Assembly: GCA_964016885.1 (NCBI GenBank)
Contig: OZ024740.1
Coordinates: 250,108,001-250,172,000, forward strand
Origin: Eledone cirrhosa
Taxonomy: Eukaryota
Direction: 5' to 3'
DNA length: 64,000 nucleotides
Both the position numbers and the translations under genes were made by a program. Numbering within the stretch: position 1 is the stretch's first letter; every line of letters begins with the position of its first letter. The notes under the pieces were generated by a model. The model searched no databases. It was not told where the DNA came from and saw only the letters and a list, made by a program, of their open reading frames with translations. This document shows positions 36,900-49,452 of this stretch, piece by piece.

Positions 36900-37414
36900 A
36901 TAGAAAAAAATGTTCCCTAATCTTCAATATCAGTTCGCAAGTCACAAGTGGCTCAGTGAAAGGACTATATTAGCTCCGAATAATGTGACTGTGAAATTGG
37001 TAAATCATGAGTTGTTAAAAAGAATTCCAAATCTGTCAATTATCTGACAGAGTTCCTCAACTCTTTAGAACCACCAAAGCTATGCAATGGCACTCAATTG
37101 GTTGTGAAAAATATGTATCCACACGTGATTCAAGCCACCATTTCAACAGGATGTGGTAGGGGAGAGGATGTGTTTGTTCCAAGAATTCTTTTTATCCCCA
37201 CTGATGTCCCATTTCAATTCAAACGACTTCAATTTCCAGTGAGTTTAGTTTTGCCATGGCCATCAACAAATCATAAGGTTGCTTCACTCATTGTCAGCTT
37301 TACATTGGATGTCCTCATGAAGAGGACTATCATTCAGACATAGTCTGACATGGAATTTGAAATAAAGGTATACTATTGTGATTATTGCCCGGCAATGATG
37401 GGCTACTCAGCTAG
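36900..37414 (+). mobile_element. Helitron 3' remnant (Pif1-like helicase fragment)
   Basis: ILAPNN, EFLNSLEP, LCNGTQLVV...VFVPRI...FKRLQFPV. Hairpin gccc..gggc followed by CTAG-t at 37411-37415. Confidence 0.85.
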
Positions 37415-37466
37415 TATATATATATATATATGTGCGCGTGTGTGTGTGTATGTATAATACAATATA

Positions 37467-38586
37467 CAGTTATCCCTTAGTATTTGCATTCCTAGAGCAT
37501 GCTTGAAGAGTGAAAAACCGCGAATATTGGTTGTTGTCCATAAAAATGCCTATAAACCTCAAAATATAACGTAAAATATAATACAGAAAAGAGGGAGCAT
37601 CTCATGCGAAGGGGCGTCCAATAGGCTGGCAAATATGGTATATGGTTATTATATGCCATGAAAAATCCATTAAAAAAATCGCAGAAGATATTTATGGTTC
37701 TGCAAATAAGTGGTTTTCACGAACTATTATTAGTTAGGTTCTAAGGAAAATTCTGCCAATAGCTGAGACCACGAATATCAGGACCACGAATGTCAGGACC
37801 ACGAATATCAGGACCACGAATGTCAGGACCACGAATATCAGGACCACGAATGTCAGGACCACGAATGTCGGGACCACGAATGTCGGGACCACGAATATCA
37901 GGACCACGAATGTCAGGACCACGAATGTCGGGACCACGAATGTCGGGACCACGAATATCAGGACCACGAATGTCAGGACCACGAATGTCGGGACCACGAA
38001 TGTCGGGACCACGAATATCAGGACCACGAATGTCAGGACCACGAATGTCGGGACCACGAATATCAGGACCACGAATGTCAGGACCACGAATGTCGGGACC
38101 ACGAATGTCGGGACCACGAATGTCGGGACCACGAATGTCGGGACCACGAATGTCAGGACCACGAATGTCAGGACCACGAATGTCGGGACCACGAATGTCA
38201 GGACCACGAATATCAGGACCACGAATGTCGGGACCACGAATATCAGGACCACGAATGTCGGGACCACGAATATCAGGACCACGAATGTCAGGACCACGAA
38301 TATCAGGACCACGAATGTCGGGACCACGAATGTCGGGACCACGAATGTCGGGACCACGAATGTCAGGACCACGAATATCAGGACCATGAATGTCGGGACC
38401 ACGAATGTCGGGACCACGAATGTCGGGACCACGGATGTCGGGACCACGAATGTCGGGACCACGAATGTCGGGACCACGAATGTCGGGACCACGAATGTCG
38501 GGACCACGAATGTCGGGACCACGAATGTCGGGACCACGGATGTCGGGACCACGAATGTCGGGACCACGGATGCCGGGGGTACACTG
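37467..38586. mobile_element. Putative Tigger/pogo-like MITE enclosing the 15-bp array
   Basis: TA-CAGTtatccct at the left end and (rc) TA-CAGTgtacccc at the right. The internal motif accgcgaatat (~37517) resembles the array unit. Confidence 0.5.
37767..38572. repeat. 15-bp minisatellite (ggaccacgaatgtcg), about 54 copies
   Basis: Seen directly. Units end in tatca, tgtca or tgtcg. Confidence 0.98.
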
Positions 38587-38654
38587 TATATATAAGTTGG
38601 TCATGCTGGTGTCATGACAAAAAGTACCCAGTTCACCCTGTTAGATGGCCTTTT

Positions 38655-38838
38655 TGGTGCCATAATAAAAAGTACCTAGTCCACACTGTAATGTGGTTGG
38701 TGTTAGGAAAAGTGTCCAGTTGTATAAACCAAGCCAAAATATAAGCAAGACATGGTCTTCAGACCTAACTTGCCTCATAACATGACAATCCATGCAAGTG
38801 TGGAAAAGTAGATGTTAAATGAGGATGATGATGATGAT
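38655..38838 (+). mobile_element. RTE-type 3'UTR/tail fragment
   Basis: cacactgtaatgtggttggtgttaggaaaagtgtccag...ccatgcaagtgtggaaaa followed by (GAT)n. Confidence 0.65.
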
Positions 38839-38869
38839 TTACTAATTTGCATCCATTTTTCATGTATGG

Positions 38870-39300
38870 ACAGGCTGTTTTGTGACAAAATGGTCATTAT
38901 AGCATGTTATTGAAACAAGTGTGTCACATCAGCAGTACTGTTGTAAATATGTAAGCAGCATTTTAATGGTAGGCCACATTTGAGATTTATGGGCAGTCTG
39001 CACCCGATAAGATCAGAAATATTCTCTGACCCTGTGGTGGTCAATATACTGGATATAGGTTCTCATAATTTCTTTTTGCAAGACTCAGGTAGAGTGAGTG
39101 AATGGCCAGTAGTGGGTAAAATAGAACATATTCCCCCAAGACAAGTAGGAAGTAGGTTGATGCTAATGGACAGAGGTGAAGTGAAGAGTAGGGTGAGGCA
39201 GGTGATGACTAAAGAATTAATTGAGTGTGTATGGCAAAGATTGTGTAACCAGGAAACGTTTGTCCAACCGTGTTCAATCAAGCTAGCAAAAAAAAAAAAA
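38870..39300 (-). mobile_element. Possible highly decayed LINE RT fragment (I/Jockey-like)
   Basis: Only weak resemblance to the YRPISL..LAK.YE and STxD motifs, across frameshifts. Confidence 0.3.
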
Positions 39301-39884
39301 AAAAAAAATAGCACCTTCTGTGCAGAGGAAAGCAACCTCGAAGTACAAGCTGGTTAGCAGTGATTATTACTTCTGTTGCATCACCTGATAAGCTGCTTTG
39401 GTAAATACTGGGTGTGTATGTATATGTGTGTGTGTGTGTGTGTGTTTATATATATGTGTGTGTGTGTGTTTGTGTATATATATATATGTGTGTGTGTGTT
39501 TGTGTATATATATGTGTGTGTGTGTGTGTGTCTATGTCTTGTTAATTGATACTATTTTATGTACCTGGAGTAAATATTAATGGATTTTTATGTGCATGTG
39601 CATATACATAATGTGTGTGTGTAGTAATGCATGTGGATTTTGTCTCATTGAGCTTTCATATACTGTTGTTTGATGTCATTATGCATCATTAACTCTTCCA
39701 CAAACTCCTACCCTCTTCATTTTCTATTTTCTATATGTTTATGGATGTATAAATGCTTATTTGCATATATATGGATATATGGAGATATATATATGTGTGT
39801 GTGTGTGTGCGTGAGAGAGTAAGCATTCGTATACACATATATATATTCTAGATGATGATATATGTATATATAATTTTTTTTGTG

Positions 39885-41080
39885 CCCAGTTTTTCTCTCA
39901 GTTCATCCATGTTTTGCTGTTCATGCACATTAATATCCACTGAAGCATGCTCACTTTGTTTCTCTCCAGCCTTTGCATATCCTCTGCATTTACTGTTCAT
40001 GTTTCACTTCCATGCAACATTGCATTTCTCACACAGGCATTATATAGCTGGCCTTTTGTTCATAGAGAGAAACCTCTTTTTACATCCTGTTCTTATTCTA
40101 GCTATTATTATACTTTCAGAGCAACTGCCTCTACTGCTAATTAGATCACCTAGGTACCAGATGCTATCAACTACTTTTATTTAGCCTTTCCAGGATTGGG
40201 AAAAGTATATTTCACTGGGGCTCTTACTATTAACTACTCCTTGTGTATCTCCCAATTACAAAGTTTACTTTTTCTATTAGTCTGCCTGCAAACCCCTCTT
40301 GTGTACTTATGTTTTACACTGTGTAGTGAGCATAGTCACTTCTCTGATAGAACCAGTTTGACAGTTGTCTTTTTTCTTACTAAAACTTAGGTCTTTGATA
40401 AGTTTGCTTTGGATCCTTTCGATTCTGTTTCTATAGTAGGTATTTCTTCTTTAGCTCTTCCACAGATTCAGCTATAATAACTAGTTTGGCAGCACTCAGA
40501 AGTTCCTATGGTCTCCTCTGTTATGGTCTGGAGTACTATAATAAACAGAAGAGGACTGAGTCCTGATGAACACCTACCTGCACATTGAATTCTGCGCTAA
40601 ACTCAATACCTACCTATATTTACTTTGCTGACAGCACCTTTGTACATGACTTGCACTGCTCACACAAGCATCTCATCTATATCCAGTTTCCTTAAGTATA
40701 ACCAGATAATAGATCATGTCATTCTGTCAAAGGCCTTCTCCAGATCCATGAAAGCTAGATATAAAATTTTCTCTCATCTAATTTGATTCTTTCCCTAAGT
40801 AGTTGTGGTAAAACTCTTTTTGTCACTTTTATAACTTGATCAATAAGTCTTAGTCCTCTGTATTTGCTCTTTTCTAGAACATCACTTTTTCCCTTGAAAC
40901 AATTAATGATTATACTGCTATTCCAGTTACTGGGTTTAGCACCATCATGTATTACCTGATTGACCATGCAGATGATTAGCTTGGCTCCTACTTCACTAAA
41001 TAATTTCCATATCTCAGCAACTATCTCAGACAGTTCAGCAGTGTTTCCATTTTTCATCTCCCTAGTTACTTCTTTGACCC
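39885..41080 (-). mobile_element. Old degenerate RTE fragment
   Basis: NWNSSIIINCFKGKSDVLEKSKYRGLRLIDQVIKV, DLEKAFD and LHGSET. Confidence 0.8.
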
Positions 41081-41377
41081 TATCATCTTCATCATCATCA
41101 TCATCATCATCATCATATGTATGTAAATGTATATGTATGTATATACTTATGTGTGTAGCTGCCTTTCCATGCTGGCATGGGTTGATCAGGACTTTTTGAG
41201 ACAGTATTTCATTATTGGATACCCTTCCTGATGTCAATCCTTTTATGGTACACAAAGATGTGTACCTATTATAAAAATCAGATATAAAACTTGATGATTA
41301 TGAAGTATTGATATATGCTGTTTATTTATAACTGATATGTATGTATAATTATAAGTATTTATATTTATTGAATGTTA

Positions 41378-41935
41378 AGGTTGATGGATTGGTAGAGTTG
41401 TTGGAGAATTGTACAAATGTATAGCAGTATTGGTTCCCACTGAAGTTAACTTTGACTTTGAGATTGATAAAATAAAGTGCTGGCTAAGTACTAGGATCAA
41501 TTTAATCGATTTTCCCCTCCCTGAAATTGCTGGCCTTATGCCTCGTAATGTGAATAATATCAATTTACATTAAAACATTGAGTTAAAATCCTGTCACGGT
41601 CAATTTTACCTTTCATCCTTTCAAGGTCAATGAAAAATGTACCAGCCCAGTACTAGGGTTGATTCTCCTATATCTCTTTTTCATTTCCGCTCATTATCTA
41701 AAAGAATTCAGCTGGAGAGAAAATGGGCTCTACCAAGTTTAAAATATTCAAGACATATGTCATTACAGTGCCCTCACATCTCCATCAGGTGTTACAGGTC
41801 CATACATGCATATATAGACTAAACTTTCAATTTGGGGCAATAGAATATTTGATTATATTGACCCCAGTACTGGACTAATACCTTATTTATCAACACTAGA
41901 AGGATGAATGGCAAAGTTGACTTTAGCAGGATTTT
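41378..41935. mobile_element. Cluster of three old S1-related SINE remnants (+,+,-)
   Basis: Decayed core motifs at ~41378-41545 and ~41580-41665, and in reverse at ~41860-41935. Confidence 0.55.
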
Positions 41936-42339
41936 GTCAAAATACACTTGATACAAACAGGGAAAATATTCAGATGTTTGCACGCTTAAAACAGCATGAA
42001 TGTTTAATAGATTTTTGTCAATCTTTTGTAATCATTGTGTTATCACATGAGTAGCTGAATAGGTTAATGTTGACCAAATGAATATCCTAATGTTGACTAA
42101 ATAAGTACCAGTGTGAATGAAAGGAACTGTTAGTGTTCATTAGAGGAACTACTAGCTTTAATCAAATGGACTGTTTGTGTTCAAAAAATTATGTTACTCA
42201 GTGTGAGGTTAACTTTTGAAATCATAAACCAAATAAAATATGTTATGTTATGTTGTTGTTGTGTAGCTTTTGGTCAATTCAGATCACACAGGTATAGGGT
42301 ACAGTTAATTTGTTGATCCATTCAACCACAGATCCATTG

Positions 42340-42670
42340 AATGCAGAGTATATGCAGAAGCCAAAGAGAAATAAAGCAAATATGCTCCACTATATATGTA
42401 ATGTTAGTGTACATGAATGACAAAGCACAGATGAGTTGAGAGAAAAACTGGGAAGCAGATATTGCATGCAAAAGAAAAAACTGCACTGGTTTGGACATCT
42501 AATGTATATAGATAATGATAGGTGGATAAAGAAGTATCAGGATTTCCAGATTGAAGGAAGACATGTAAGCCTCACAAAGGAGATGACAAAGGGATGCAAC
42601 AAGTTGTAAAACACTGTTTTGGAGAAGATTTGTTCAACCTATAAAAGTATGGAGAAAAGCATATACAAAT
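42340..42670 (+). mobile_element. Very old RTE 3' remnant
   Basis: DELREKLG, LHWFGHLM and WIKKYQ-like peptides. Confidence 0.55.
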
Positions 42671-42909
42671 AATGATGAAATATCCAACAAGCATTTTAAA
42701 ATCAATTTCCCTTCTAAAGCAGGGCTTACCTTTGCCATCTCTTATGACACACAATGACATGGTATACTTAGTCTAAACCAAATATAATATAATGATGATT
42801 AAAAAAATAGGACTCTTGGTATTCTTTACTTGGATAATCAATGAAACCTTACCAGATCATAATTCTGCTCCATTAATGCTGACCTGAAACTTAACAGTAA
42901 AGTTGATGT

Positions 42910-43572
42910 CAGTACAATAACATCAGCTATAAGACCATAACATGACTTTGACCTCATCACAGTAACATCAGTAATAAGATCATAACATGACCTTGACCAT
43001 AGCATAGTAACATCAGTAATAAGACCATAACATGACCTTGACCATAGCATAGTAACATCAGTAATAAGACCATAACATGACCTTGACCTCATCATAGTAA
43101 CATCAGTAATTAGACCATAACCTTGACCTCATCACTGTAACATCAGTAATATGACCATAACATGACCTTGACCACAGCACAGTAACATCAGTAATTAGAC
43201 CATAACCTTCACCTCATCACAGTAACATCAGTAATTAAACCATGATATGACATTGATCTTAGCACAGTAACAAGACCATAATATGACCTTGACCTCATCA
43301 CAGTAACAACAGTAATAAGACCATAACATGACCTTGACCGTAGCACAGTAACATCAGTAATTAGACCATAACAATGATCTCATCACAGTAGCATCACTAA
43401 TAAGACCATAACATGACCTAGACCATAGCACAGTAACATCAGTAATAAGACCATAACATGACCTTGACCTTATCATAGTAACATCAGTAATAAGACCATA
43501 ACATGACCTTGACCACAGCACAGTAACATCAGTAATAAGATCATAGCATGCCCTTGACCTCATCACATAACA
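42910..43572. repeat. ~45-bp minisatellite, about 15 copies, with an orphan unit at 45335-45366
   Basis: Consensus agtaacatcagtaataagaccataacatgaccttgacc(tc/at)a(t/g)ca(c/t). Confidence 0.95.
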
Positions 43573-43850
43573 TCTATATGATGTTGTCTGTGTGTGTGTC
43601 CTCATTTTTGCAAAGTCTATACAAATCCACATTTCTACTCTGATTGACTTCAAACTTGCATTTATATATTCCTTGCAGTCTAAAGATACTAACTGCTGCT
43701 TTTATTTTTCAATTTTCTGTTGTTAAAGGGGTATTAGGCGCCAGTTATCGATCTCCGTCGAGCCCTTATAATATCTGTCTGTATGTCTAGCTGTCTGCAT
43801 AACGACATTCTGACGAACACGTCATTGCTGACGTATTATCTTCGCTACAT

Positions 43851-44115
43851 TCACACACACACACATATATATATATACTTATATATACATATATATATAT
43901 ACACATATATACATATACACACACATATATACACACATATATATATATATATACATATACAAACATATACACATATAGATATACACATATACACATATAA
44001 ATATACACATAAAAATATATGTATACACACACACACATATATATATATACATACACACACACATATATATATATATATGCATACATACACACACACACAT
44101 ATATATATATATATA
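43851..44115. repeat. (TA)/(CA) compound microsatellite
   Basis: Seen directly. Confidence 0.95.
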
Positions 44116-44417
44116 CAGATACATTGTAGGTTGCTTTAACCCGTCTTTTATTATTCAAAAAACTTCTTGCCAATAAACATTAACCATTTGTGCGCCATTC
44201 ATCTCACTGTAGACCAGCAAATACTAAAAAACGGAGTGTTGACAAGAACGTTGGCGAATGAATGTTCGAGATAAGCAGTTTTCTCCTGAGCTGTTAGTTC
44301 ACGCGGGATTCTCTGCTACACCTTTTCGTAATAATACCGAACAACATACTGCTGGTCACTCCTTCCTCCAAAAGCCATACAAAGCATCTCTCTCTCTCCC
44401 TATATATATATATATCT

Positions 44418-44735
44418 GTTATAAGAACAGATTAAAGTTTAAGCAAAGACTCGGTGCTTTCAACATTAACGGTATCTTCTGAAACTAAAAAATTTAATCT
44501 GTGAACGCAGAAGTAAATATTTTGAGAAACGTTGCAGCCGAAGGAAAACAGGAAGACGATATTTTGGTTCGTGAAGACGTTCCCTGAACGAAAAAAAAAA
44601 GACCGAGGATAATACGTCATTATGTGGACTGAGAAGAACAATTCCATGCAAAGACAAGACCAAGGTTATGGTATAAATGGAGTCGTTAGACTAATATTCT
44701 ATTTAAAATAAGCGAATGATTTCCAGCCCTGGAGT
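44418..44735. mobile_element. Repeat family F1, long copy nested in the Helitron
   Basis: Colinear with the reverse complement of 48428-48727. Starts next to (TA)n. Confidence 0.75.
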
Positions 44736-45549
44736 TTAAGAATGATGTAAATAAAATTGAAAACGAAAATGACAGAGGTTATTAAAATAGTAAAAGTAAA
44801 TAGTGAAGATTTAGGCCAGTACATATGTATGCGCCGACGGACATACACATACATATACACACACAAATACATACACACACACAAATACATACACACACAC
44901 GCACGCATGTGCGTGTGTGTGTAAGCCTTATGCATTTCTACAGTATTTTCACTAAACTTAAGACATAGGTTACTTATGTACACCGGATGGTCATGGGCAC
45001 TTTCATTTTTCCAGATATTGATTATAGGGCCTCCCGGCAGTTAACCCCCTTCAACCGCTTCCTTGGAGTCGACTGAAGCACTGCAACAAAACGTCATAAC
45101 TTCTGGAATTCGCGACCGATTTTCACAAAACTTGACACATCGGCTACGTTTGTTCTACAGATGAATATGAATTGGCACATATTGAGTAGGGGACCCCTGG
45201 GGGCAGGAACCCCCTTTGGGAAAAAGCCGATGATTTTGTAAAAGTATAGTTTTCGAAGCAGCACTGAAGTATTGACATAAATGGTATAGATAACTGCTAT
45301 TTAATACCCGAGCAACGCCGGGTACCTCTGCTAGTCAGTAATAAGACCATAGCTTGACTTTGACCACTTTCCTAGCATTATGGATTTTACTTTGATAGAT
45401 CTTCTGATGTTTGATGATTATCATTGAGCGTTCAATCAACTATACTTTTGGTACCCACCAATCATTAAGCGTTTTCACACCAAACTGCCTGACACAAAGC
45501 CTGCTTTTAAGATACAAAACTTTTTTTTAAATGTTTATATATACCTGCA

Positions 45550-45845
45550 GCATGGCCAAACTGTTAAGTAGTTCACTGCATAGTCATTAGGTCTCTGGTT
45601 CTCACTGTGTTATATCTTGAGCAAGTGTTATTTTCTATAATCTCGAGACAACACATACCTTGTTAGAAAAATTGTGCAGATGGAAACTAGAACTCAGATG
45701 AACTATACTTGTTATTCAAAGGATCAATCATACTGAATCTCCCTGAGTATTATATTAAGAGTACACATGTTTGTGGAATACTCAGCCACTTACATGAGCA
45801 GTTTGTTCCATTGATTGAACAACTGGAACACTTATCAAAAGCCAT
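45550..45845 (+). mobile_element. Old tRNA-derived SINE, family S2
   Basis: Shares head and body (ttgt.ag..aaattgtg.a.a..gaaacta; tgaatct.cctgag.atta.attaag) with 46015-46300. Confidence 0.55.
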
Positions 45846-46014
45846 GGATGTCCATTCCATCTACCCAATTTCATTCACAAAGCTTAAGTTGATTTGAACT
45901 ACAGTAAAAAGCTATACAAGATGCTATGTAGTGGGATCAAGCCCTGGCTCTCATGATTATGAAGCAAACTTCATAATCAATCTGGGATGCCTGGAGTATG
46001 AGAATAGTGAATAC

Positions 46015-46300
46015 AGCATGGTTGAATGATTAAAAAGTTTACTTCATAATCATTAGGTCCTGGGTTCAATCCCACTGTACGGCATTTATCTTAGTCTCAA
46101 GTCAACCCATGACTTGTGAGTGAAATTGTGTAAACAGAAACTATTTCGAAGCCCATCAGAGGGACTGTACTTGTAAATGAAAGGGCCAGCCTTGTCACAC
46201 AATGTGTCATGCTGAATCTTCCTGAGAATTACATTAAGGCTAGATATGGAATATTCAGCCAGTTATTTCATAAGCAGGCTGTTCCAAAACTGACAGAGGC
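46015..46300 (+). mobile_element. Old tRNA-derived SINE, family S2
   Basis: A-box-like agcatggttgaatgatt and B-box gggttcaatccc. Homologous to 45550-45845. Confidence 0.6.
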
Positions 46301-46694
46301 TCATTCCATATTTACCTAAAATCTTTCCATCATAATTTTGTGTAAGAATCTTTATGTGCTATATACCAGAAAATCAGTTATATTTCCTAATTTATCCAAA
46401 TTCTTGATTATTTCTAAAATTATTTGAAAATGATAAGCAGTATCTTTCAAAAGAAATCATCATCATCATCATCCATTTCTCTTGTTAGCAAGAGTTCGAA
46501 ATCATCAGAAAACAACAACTGCAACTATAATACAGCTCACATCCACCTTGTCCCCTATGTTTCAATCAATGACAGGATTTGGGATTTTATTAATGAGAAG
46601 GATCAACTTTGTACTATATATGAATTTAGTTGCTTATTGTTGTTGTTATAGTATCTTCTGGTTTATTGTGATCTTATTTTGCTACTAGTGGAAT

Positions 46695-46986
46695 CAGACA
46701 GAGTAGAGGAGAGGGAAATCTGCTGAAGACAAGAGGAGGATGCAGAAATGGATGATACATATGGGTATGTGATAGAAATGAAGCAAAAAGAAGTGAGAGA
46801 GAGAAATAGAAAAAAAGAGAAAAGTAAGGAGATAAAAAAAGAGAAAAATAAGGAGATAAAGAGAATGAAAGAGAAGTAAAAAAAGAGAGAATGGTGAGAG
46901 AGATATATAGGGATAAAGAGAGAAGCTGTGAGGAAAAGAAAGAGATTAGAAGAGAGAGATAGATTAGAAGAGAGAGAGAGAGAGAG
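46695..46986. repeat. Purine-rich (GA) low-complexity tract
   Basis: Seen directly. Confidence 0.85.
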
Positions 46987-47107
46987 CTAACCGGTATCAC
47001 TTTACAACGTGTATTAAGTAAATAATTTGATCGAAATGTAAGGATGATTAGAAATCTGAAGGATGAGTTTTATATTCTCCATCCTCTCTCTCTCTCTGTA
47101 TATATAT

Positions 47108-47308
47108 AATTAGAAAGTGAACAACACACTATATAACTACTCCATTACCAAAGGTTTCTGGACCCTAACATATATTAATACTGTCTAGGATCCAGAAACC
47201 TTTGGTAATGGAGTAGTTATATATTGTGTTGTTCACTTTCTAATTAAATAGCTCTGTTCTATACATAGAGCACGCTTTTTCCTTTGCGTTTTCTTCAGAA
47301 TTACCTAA
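47108..47308. mobile_element. Palindromic cassette family F2 (IR 47108-47245 plus tail)
   Basis: Same family as 60234-60512. Retains GAAA-cctttgg-TA-atggag but not CTGATGA. Confidence 0.8.
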
Positions 47309-47382
47309 CACACACACACATATATATATATATACACACATATATATATACCTGTGTGAGTGTATGTGTGTAGTTTAATAAT

Positions 47383-48200
47383 GTGGTTCTCAACTTTTTT
47401 TACCCAACGATTCCCAAAATAAAAAATCTAAAAAAAACAAAAACGCCCCATTTCAATCAACAGAAATATGTTTTTATTCATCAATTTCATATGTAAATGA
47501 ATATATATATAACTTTTTTATGTAAAGGTTGAGATTGATGCTTAAATGCGAGCTTGGCTGCATCTGGTTGTGAATTTGTCAATCACAAGCATAAATCTCC
47601 ATGCTTTTTCTTTTTCTTTTTCTTTTGAGACAGTTTCACTTTTTGGTCAATAAATCATTCATGACACAAAAACCACCCGAAACCAGGTAACAAAAGTGTC
47701 AGTACAGCAGTGCAAGTGAGTGAGTAGTGACTTCTCAAATAGTTATCACCCACATCATGGTTGCCTTTTGTTGGAAAAGGTTTGGGCATCATCATTGTCT
47801 TTTTAACTCAGACAGTTCATCTTGAAGATACATCTCAACTTCACAAAAGTTTGTCAGGGAGAGTTATATAAATCATAGAAAAATCTAGCTGATGAAAACT
47901 GGAAAATCTGTTGTAGAATTCACTTTTTAAAGCATGTAAATGAGCACACAAAATGGTAGTCACAAAAGTGAAAATGATCATAAGGGCAGGCAGTAATTTG
48001 TGAAGCATATACTGCTAGTTTATCAATGAAGGGAAAGATTTAAATTTTTTGATTAACATTGTGGTGTTATCTCCATGCAATCTTTTTTTCAAAACATTTA
48101 GTTTTTGAAAAATGTCAACTAGATAAGCAACAAATGACTTTCTGCCAATACTTTGAAGCAAACATAGATGTGAAAAATTAGGCAAAACAGTTAATATGAA
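47383..48200 (-). mobile_element. hAT (Charlie/Buster-like) transposon remnant
   Basis: TIR-like gtggttctcaacttttt at one end. Minus-strand peptides VAYLVDIFQKLNVLKKRLHG, YLVSGGF and HQSQP are typical of Buster transposases. Confidence 0.6.
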
Positions 48201-48313
48201 ACAATATAAGCTTAGCTATCAGGCAAAGAATCTATATAATAATACCTACACTCTACTTTCCTTATATATAAAGTACTAAGTTGAAAATGGTCTCATCCAT
48301 ATATATATATATA

Positions 48314-48727
48314 TTATAAGAAGAGATTAAAGTTTAAGCAAAGAATCATTGCTTTCACCCTTAACGGGATCTTCTGAAACTAAAAAAATCAATCTGTGGA
48401 TGTAGAAGTAAATATTTCAAAAAACTTACTCCAGAGCTGGAAATCATTCAGTTATTCTAAATAGAATATTAGTCTAACGTCTCCATTTAAACCATAAATG
48501 TGTTTTTGTCTTTGCAAGAAATTGCTCCCCTCCCTCCTCATAACGACGTAATTATCCTCACTTTTTTTCCGTTCATTGCCAGGGAACGTCTTCCTATTTT
48601 CCTTCGGTTGTAACGTTTTTCAAAATATTTACTTCTGCATCCACAGATTGATTTTGTTAGTTTCAGAAGATCCTGTTAAGGGTGAAAGCAGCGATTCTTT
48701 GCATAAACTTTAATCTGTTCTTATAAT
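48314..48727. mobile_element. Repeat family F1 in palindromic form (arms ~48314-48425 / ~48614-48727)
   Basis: The arms are reverse complements, and the interior matches 44530-44735 in reverse. Confidence 0.85.
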
Positions 48728-48899
48728 AAATATTTGCTCTACAGGTTTATATATATATTATAAATATATAATCCTTATTGAGCCCTCTTCGGATTTTAGT
48801 CTCCAGATTTATTATTACTATATATATATAATATATAAACTTTAATCTGTTATTTTAATAAATATATAAATATTTTCAAGTTCTCTATTTTTGATGCTC

Positions 48900-49170
48900 A
48901 GAAAAGTACTGATAAAAGTTTCTGTTCATGAAATAGTTCTAGTTTTTGAATATCCTAGCAGTACAAATCCCTGATTAAATCCATAGAATAAAGGGGAAAC
49001 AACCACGGTTCGATGGGAGTTTCAGGCTTTTGTTTATAAAAATATGATGGAAGATTTTTCCAAAAGTGACATGGCCAGCTCAGATTCTGTTCTTAATGTC
49101 TTTCTCGAAGTTACATTGTGTGAAGAGAATGCTTCCAAGGTATTGGAATTGGTCTACTTGTGGGGATGGT
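48900..49170 (-). mobile_element. Decayed RTE-like RT/thumb fragment
   Basis: VDQFQYLGSIL...EKDIKNRI*AGHVTFGK. Confidence 0.6.
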
Positions 49171-49452
49171 GATGTCGAAATCTGGAATCTTTGCCAATAT
49201 TGCTACAGTTACGAATCAGTTATTCAACTGGTCTCCTAGTTGACAAATTATATTTTGAGGTACTAGTTCAAAGACACCTCCTACTGAAGAGAATCTCTGT
49301 CTTGAAGTCCATTAGTTCTACCTTGTTTATTTTAAGTATGGTAGTTCATGGGCTCTGAGATTAAAAACAGCTGTATAGGAATAATTTAGGTATAACAAAA
49401 AATTTAAGTAATGATTTTATATTCTGATTGCATTTGTACCTTGTCATATATA

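Larger units (their letters stand above)
43573..45334 (+). mobile_element. Non-autonomous Helitron
   Basis: Starts with TC (tctatat) and ends with hairpin cccg-agcaacgc-cggg plus CTAG. Inserted at A^T of a minisatellite unit (taacA^Tcagtaataagacc), with no TSD. Confidence 0.85.

Noticed and set aside
37734-38617. Other-frame repeat ORFs (VVPTF, MSGPR, WSRHS, NVGTT)
   Set aside because: An automatic consequence of a 15-bp unit with few stop codons. No independent coding evidence.
42910-43572. CRISPR-like regular array
   Set aside because: Whole units repeat with no unique spacers, there are no cas genes, and the context is eukaryotic. It is a minisatellite.
48660-48702. Hammerhead in family F1 (CAGAAGA-tcc..ggt-GAAA)
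   Set aside because: The core has CAGA instead of CUGA, and I could not form stem I or a stem III-NUH.
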